Assembly: GCA_965279515.1 (NCBI GenBank)
Contig: CBDIID010000003.1
Span: 1,952,001 to 2,016,000 of the forward strand
Length of the DNA: 64,000 bases
Source: Turneriella sp.
GTDB lineage: Bacteria > Spirochaetota > Leptospiria > Turneriellales > Turneriellaceae
Direction: 5' to 3'
This document shows positions 59,832 to 64,000 of this stretch, in pieces. A model generated the notes under the pieces. The model had not been told where the DNA came from. It ran no database searches and was given only the letters and a program-made list of their open reading frames with translations. Numbering within the stretch: the stretch's first letter is position 1; each line of letters opens with the position of its first letter. The position numbers were made by a program, and so were the translations under genes.

Positions 59832-60491
59832 TCAAAGAGGGGTCTTAAACTTCTCCGCCTCTTCCTTACGCCATTGGGCGATCTTTGCATGATTGCCCGA
59901 TAAGAGAACCTCGGGCACCTTATGCCCACGCCACTCTTCGGGGCGTGTATATTGAGCGTGCTCGAAACTTTCACCGTCGTCGAATGATTCGTGACTCAGC
60001 GAATCGGCATTGCCCATAAAGCCCGGCTGCTTGCGTGCCAGCGCATCAATCACGGTTAAAGCTGCCACTTCGCCGCCTGAGAGCACAAAGTTACCGATGC
60101 GCAGGCTTTCATCGGCGACATGGTGGGCGACGCGTTCGTCGACGCCCTCATAGTGACCGCAGATAAAAGTAAGATTTTGGTGCGCGGTGTATTCGCGCAC
60201 GACATCGCTGTTGAAAAGTCGTCCGCGCGCCGAAAGCAGAACAACCCGCGTCGCTGCGTCTTTTTCTTTTATCGCCTCAACCGCAAGCGCGATGGGTTCG
60301 ACCATCATTACCATGCCGGCACCGCCGCCGTAAGGGCTATCATCTACCTTCTTGTGTTTGCTCAAGGTGTATTCGCGGGGATTGATAAAGTTGACTTTGA
60401 CAATGCCCGCCTGAACCGCCTTGCCTAACAGCGAGGCCCTGAGCGGGCTTTCAAAGAATTCGGGGAACAGCGTGACGACGTTGATCGTCAC
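59832..60491 (-). CDS. trmD: tRNA (guanine37-N1)-methyltransferase
   Basis: VTLFPE, VDDSPYGGGAGMVM, CGHYEGVDER, SGGE, YTRP, VLLSGNHA. Confidence 0.97.
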   Translation of the reverse strand: MTINVVTLFPEFFESPLRASLLGKAVQAGIVKVNFINPREYTLSKHKKVDDSPYGGGAGMVMMVEPIALAVEAIKEKDAATRVVLLSARGRLFNSDVVREYTAHQNLTFICGHYEGVDERVAHHVADESLRIGNFVLSGGEVAALTVIDALARKQPGFMGNADSLSHESFDDGESFEHAQYTRPEEWRGHKVPEVLLSGNHAKIAQWRKEEAEKFKTPL

Positions 60492-61366
60492 GCAGCGTGT
60501 GTTGTTTCACGGCGCGCCATGTAGCGGAACAGCAGGCTCACGAGCACCGAGTCAATGACAATGAACACCGCATAGAGCAGGGGGAGCAACAAGGTCTCAC
60601 GCTGCTGCGCCGCGGGGAAGCTGGCAATGATCAGCGCCATCGTCATCGGCGTATTCTGGATACCCGTTTCGAGAGCAACCGTGCGGCTCTGTTTCGGGGT
60701 CAGGCCCGTAAAAAAACCGGCCCAGTAACCAAAAAGAAATCCCACGATACCCAAAAGAACCGCCGAGGCAAAGATGCTGAGCGGTGCTTCTTTGAGTACC
60801 TGCGTGTTACGGTAAAAGAACTCGCCGAGCAGAAAGATGATCACAATCGACCCCGCCCAGCCGCCGATCTTTTCGCAGATCTGCGCGGCGCGGTGGTTCT
60901 TTTTGCGGATATACATGCCGATGATGACGGGAATCAGCATGATAATCAGCGACGACACGATGTTTCCATAAGGCAGCGGAAACTTTGTCTGGCCATAAGC
61001 CGAGCCATAGATCAGCAGCAAGAGCGGCATCATGACAATCGCGCCGAGTGTCGACGCTGTGGTCATGGATATGCTGAGTGCGACATCCCCCTTGGCATAA
61101 TAGCTGAAGAGATTCGATGTCGTGCCCCCGGGCGTGCAACCCACGAGAATCAGCGACATCGCCACGACATCGGGCAGTTGGAAAAGTTTCGCCAGCGCAA
61201 ACGCGAGCGCGGGCATGATACCGAACTGTGAGAGAAAGCCGATGATGAGTGCCTTGGGTTTTTTCAGCGCGCGCGCGAAGTCTGCCCAGGTGAGTGTCGC
61301 GCCCATGCCGAACATGAGCACGAAAATCATAACAGCGAGGCCGATTTTTTCTATGGAGGTCAGCAT
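60488..61366 (-). CDS. Bile acid:sodium symporter (BASS/SBF) family transporter
   Basis: MFGMG, QFGIMP, PGGTTSN, GDVALS, ETGIQN. Confidence 0.92.
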   Translation of the reverse strand: MLTSIEKIGLAVMIFVLMFGMGATLTWADFARALKKPKALIIGFLSQFGIMPALAFALAKLFQLPDVVAMSLILVGCTPGGTTSNLFSYYAKGDVALSISMTTASTLGAIVMMPLLLLIYGSAYGQTKFPLPYGNIVSSLIIMLIPVIIGMYIRKKNHRAAQICEKIGGWAGSIVIIFLLGEFFYRNTQVLKEAPLSIFASAVLLGIVGFLFGYWAGFFTGLTPKQSRTVALETGIQNTPMTMALIIASFPAAQQRETLLLPLLYAVFIVIDSVLVSLLFRYMARRETTHAA

Positions 61367-61367
61367 A

Positions 61368-61865
61368 TTATTTGGGTTTGGTTACGTTCGCGGGAAAGCG
61401 GCCTGAATAGTTGCCGGGCGGCTGGTAGTTACAGACCACATAGGTGCCGCCGTTTGCAGATTTCGCCGAACCGCAGCCGATCTCTTTCGTATCTTTCCAG
61501 ACGACCTGCGTGAAGTGGCCGGTATCCATGCTGAAGCCGGGGCGGTCAAAGTGATAATCTTTGATCTCGTCGTACCATGAATCGGCGACCATAACGCCGG
61601 TCGCTTCCATCCCTGAGATCCAGAAGATGTTCTCGCCATACTTGTTGGGCTGGCGGTGGCGCATGTTGTCTTGCGCGGCGATCGTCTTCGCCCAGTCCTG
61701 AGCGACTTTCTCTACCGCTGCGCTCCACTTCAGCGGTGGCGCATCGTGTTTTGCGCGCAACTCGTTATGGCGCGTCAAAATGCTTTTCTGAAAAGGCGAT
61801 GTGTTTTCGGCGAGAGTAGCCAGCGTCAGAAGCAGCGCCGCGGGAATTAGAATCTTTTTTATCAT
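61368..61865 (-). CDS. CAP (SCP/PR-1) domain secreted protein
   Basis: HNELRAKH, GENI, GHFTQVVW, VVCNY.PPGN. Confidence 0.93.
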   Translation of the reverse strand: MIKKILIPAALLLTLATLAENTSPFQKSILTRHNELRAKHDAPPLKWSAAVEKVAQDWAKTIAAQDNMRHRQPNKYGENIFWISGMEATGVMVADSWYDEIKDYHFDRPGFSMDTGHFTQVVWKDTKEIGCGSAKSANGGTYVVCNYQPPGNYSGRFPANVTKPK

Positions 61866-61928
61866 AGCGTAACCGACAGAACACGTCCGGTCGCGCATGG
61901 TGTAAATCGCCTTTTCGGGCGGGGGAAC

Positions 61929-62534
61929 TTACGCTTCGGTAAAGATGCGCCACTCGGCAAGAGTCACCCGGTTACCGGGTAGATCCAACTGCTGCCAATG
62001 CGGGTATTCGAGGGGGATTTCCAGCGGCGCGGCAAGCATCGCCTCGCCCGCCGCGGGTTCTATGACAACTGTGGTGTTGAGGCCCAGATCTTCGACCGCG
62101 GCGATGTGACCGATATTTTTTTGGGTGTCGGCATCAGTTACGACAAGCCCTAAGAGTTCAAAATACCAAAGGTCGGTCATGGCCGGAACTTTACCGCCGC
62201 GTTCTTTTATGACCAAGGCGCGCAACTCTGCGAGCGGCGCGGCGAGATAAAAGTTGGTGAGGGCAGCCGCGGCATCGCGGTCTTGAATTTCGCTGAATTG
62301 CACACGCGTGATCTCGCCTTTCGCGGGCTCGGTGCGGCTAAGGGTGAAATCCCCCTTTGTTGCATAGTCGGTGAGTGTGCCGCCCGCTTCACCGAGGGGC
62401 TTGCAGACACAGACCTTCTTGCCGGCCCAGTGACGCAAGTGTGCACCGGCCTGGCCAACGGAAAGAGCGCCGCGCACGCCATGCGGCCTGCCTAAACGTG
62501 CGAGAGCAACCAAGGGTTCTTTCGCTTCACTCAT
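61929..62534 (-). CDS. rimM: Ribosome maturation factor (divergent)
   Basis: LGRPHGVRG, DRDAAAAL, WYFELLGLVV; position after rpsP-khpA. Confidence 0.8.
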   Translation of the reverse strand: MSEAKEPLVALARLGRPHGVRGALSVGQAGAHLRHWAGKKVCVCKPLGEAGGTLTDYATKGDFTLSRTEPAKGEITRVQFSEIQDRDAAAALTNFYLAAPLAELRALVIKERGGKVPAMTDLWYFELLGLVVTDADTQKNIGHIAAVEDLGLNTTVVIEPAAGEAMLAAPLEIPLEYPHWQQLDLPGNRVTLAEWRIFTEA

Positions 62535-62569
62535 ATGGATTGATTTTTGGGGAAAGCTTCCCCTAGGGA

Positions 62570-62866
62570 CTAGTTTTCGTCTACGATTTCCAGAAGGATC
62601 TTCTGGTAGCGCTCTTCGCGGCCGTCGTCGAGAATGATTTTTTTGATCGAGATGGCGTTCAGGAGCACGCGCACAGCTTTCGCGATGCGGCCGCCTTTGC
62701 CGATGATCATGCCGATATCGTCTTTGTTGACGCGCAGCTCAAGAATCAGCGACGCCGGGCTTTTCACCGGCAGCACCTGCACATCGTCGGGGTTGCGCAC
62801 AAGGCTGCGCGCGATGAACTCGACGAGAGATGCGGGGTCTGAGTTGCGCTCGGCGGTCGTTTCCAT
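62570..62866 (-). CDS. khpA: KH-domain RNA-binding protein
   Basis: LVRNPDDV, DIGMIIGKGGRIAKAVR; follows rpsP. Confidence 0.9.
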   Translation of the reverse strand: METTAERNSDPASLVEFIARSLVRNPDDVQVLPVKSPASLILELRVNKDDIGMIIGKGGRIAKAVRVLLNAISIKKIILDDGREERYQKILLEIVDEN

Positions 62867-63195
62867 TATTTCGCGCGTTTCGCTTTGGCTTTTTCGTTCA
62901 GGCGTTTTTGTTTCGCGCCGGCTTTAATCGCCTTCGCTTCGGCAAACGGCTTCCAGATGCCGGCTTTAGAGAGAATATTACGCACGGTGTCAGAAGGCTG
63001 TGCGCCTTTTTTCAGCCATGTATCGATTTTATCGTGCTCGAGGCGCACTTGTTGGCCGTCTTTTACGAGGGGGTGGTAGAGACCGACGATGTCGAGAAAC
63101 TGGCCGTCGCGTTTAACGGTGGATGTTGCCGCAACAATGCGGTAATAAGGCCGCTTTTTCGTACCATAGCGTTGCAGCCGGAGCTTAACAGTCAT
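62866..63195 (-). CDS. rpsP: 30S ribosomal protein S16
   Basis: VKLRLQRYGTKKRPYYRIV, RDG, G.Y.P, GAQPSDTV. Confidence 0.97.
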   Translation of the reverse strand: MTVKLRLQRYGTKKRPYYRIVAATSTVKRDGQFLDIVGLYHPLVKDGQQVRLEHDKIDTWLKKGAQPSDTVRNILSKAGIWKPFAEAKAIKAGAKQKRLNEKAKAKRAK

Positions 63196-63241
63196 GGGTT
63201 AAAATGGGGGTTTGAGACATACCGTCAAATTAAACTTGGGT

Positions 63242-63721
63242 TTAGGGCACGGCGTCAACGGTATCGACCCGCACATAACAGCCGTCGGCCCACTTGCCGG
63301 GTATGCCACCGGGCGAGACATCGCCGATGATTTTGACCTTGGAGCCATGGCTGAGGGCGACACCGCCATTGCTTTCTATTTTGAGATCAGACTCTTTATA
63401 GCCGCTTTTGAGGCGCTCGACGCGGTTTTTCATCGACCCTACAGTAAATGATGCCAGCAGCTTTTTGCCACCGCGGTTCGGGTTCTGGTACACTTCGACA
63501 AACATGGTATTGCTAATCATCGCGCTTTTGGGGGTCGCGAGATACCCGTCGAAGGAAACCCGGTGATAGCGTGAATGTTTGCGCTCGTCGTAATAGGGGC
63601 CGAAGGCCTCGGTGCAGACTTTTTCGAGCGTCGTCGGCTCAATCGGCCCCTGCTCGCGTTTCCAGCAGGCGGAGTTACACAGTGACAGTACCGGCAGCAG
63701 TACAAGGAGAGTTTTTCGCAT
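63242..63721 (-). CDS. Hypothetical lipoprotein
   Basis: MRKTLLVLLPVLSLCNSAC lipobox; upstream part of the track ORF overlaps an opposite-strand gene. Confidence 0.6.
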   Translation of the reverse strand: MRKTLLVLLPVLSLCNSACWKREQGPIEPTTLEKVCTEAFGPYYDERKHSRYHRVSFDGYLATPKSAMISNTMFVEVYQNPNRGGKKLLASFTVGSMKNRVERLKSGYKESDLKIESNGGVALSHGSKVKIIGDVSPGGIPGKWADGCYVRVDTVDAVP

Positions 63722-63775
63722 CGGGGCTTGTCGCATAAGGGATTTACCCGGTCTCTCACAAAATTTTCCTGCGGG

Positions 63776-64000
63776 GTGACGGCACCGAAACTTCTGCTTT
63801 TCGATTTGGGCGGGGTAATTCTCGAAGTGGATATACAGGGCCTGCGGGCGCTCGACGGCCATAACAGGTCCGACGCCGAACTTTGGGAAATCTGGCTCAC
63901 CTGCCCCGTTGTACAACAGTATGAATCTGGCAAGATCAGCGACGATGAGTTTGCTAAAGGGGTCATCCGCCACTTTGACTCAACGATGGCACCTGAGGAT
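63776..64000 (+). CDS. HAD-family phosphatase (YihX-like), 3' end outside window
   Basis: Hand translation from GTG 63776: APKLLLFDLGGVIL...YESGKISDDEF. Confidence 0.8.
   Translation, partial: MTAPKLLLFDLGGVILEVDIQGLRALDGHNRSDAELWEIWLTCPVVQQYESGKISDDEFAKGVIRHFDSTMAPED

Noticed and set aside
63722..63973. N-terminal extension of ORF 63242..63973
   Set aside because: Overlaps a plus-strand HAD phosphatase starting at 63776; the lipoprotein signal indicates a start at 63721

Overview
Bacterial chromosomal window, ~55 genes, with no rRNA, tRNA, CRISPR array or transposase seen. Gene content (7TM-SpoIIE sensor, FecR/LipL45-like and DUF1566 lipoproteins, spirochaetal lipoboxes) suggests Leptospiraceae, possibly Turneriella-like (inference). 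Housekeeping genes lie at both ends (ettA, PgpH-like HD protein, icmF, pgsA; eno, trmD, rimM, khpA, rpsP). The middle holds three accessory blocks: (i) a ~20 kb metal, probably copper, island (14.1-33.7 kb) with three MbnH-like di-heme enzymes, three MbnP proteins (four domains), outer-membrane barrels, a cytochrome bd-like/cytochrome c pair and a TonB-dependent receptor; (ii) an HDOD / REC-cyclase / 2x cNMP-binding operon whose cyclase looks GTP-specific; (iii) a nirK-norCBQD NO-respiration cluster with two FNR/DNR boxes. Main discovery: each of the four island operons is headed by a paralogous ~120-135 aa leader ORF with a signal-like N-terminus, a Cys/His cluster, a last Cys 49-50 residues before a C-terminal PPP(R) motif, and a structured downstream UTR. 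In two cases the leader stop-codon region pairs directly with the next gene's Shine-Dalgarno. This looks like an expanded CruR/CutF(DUF2946)-analogous metal-sensing ribosome-stalling regulon. All family assignments are from motif reading only; no searches were run.
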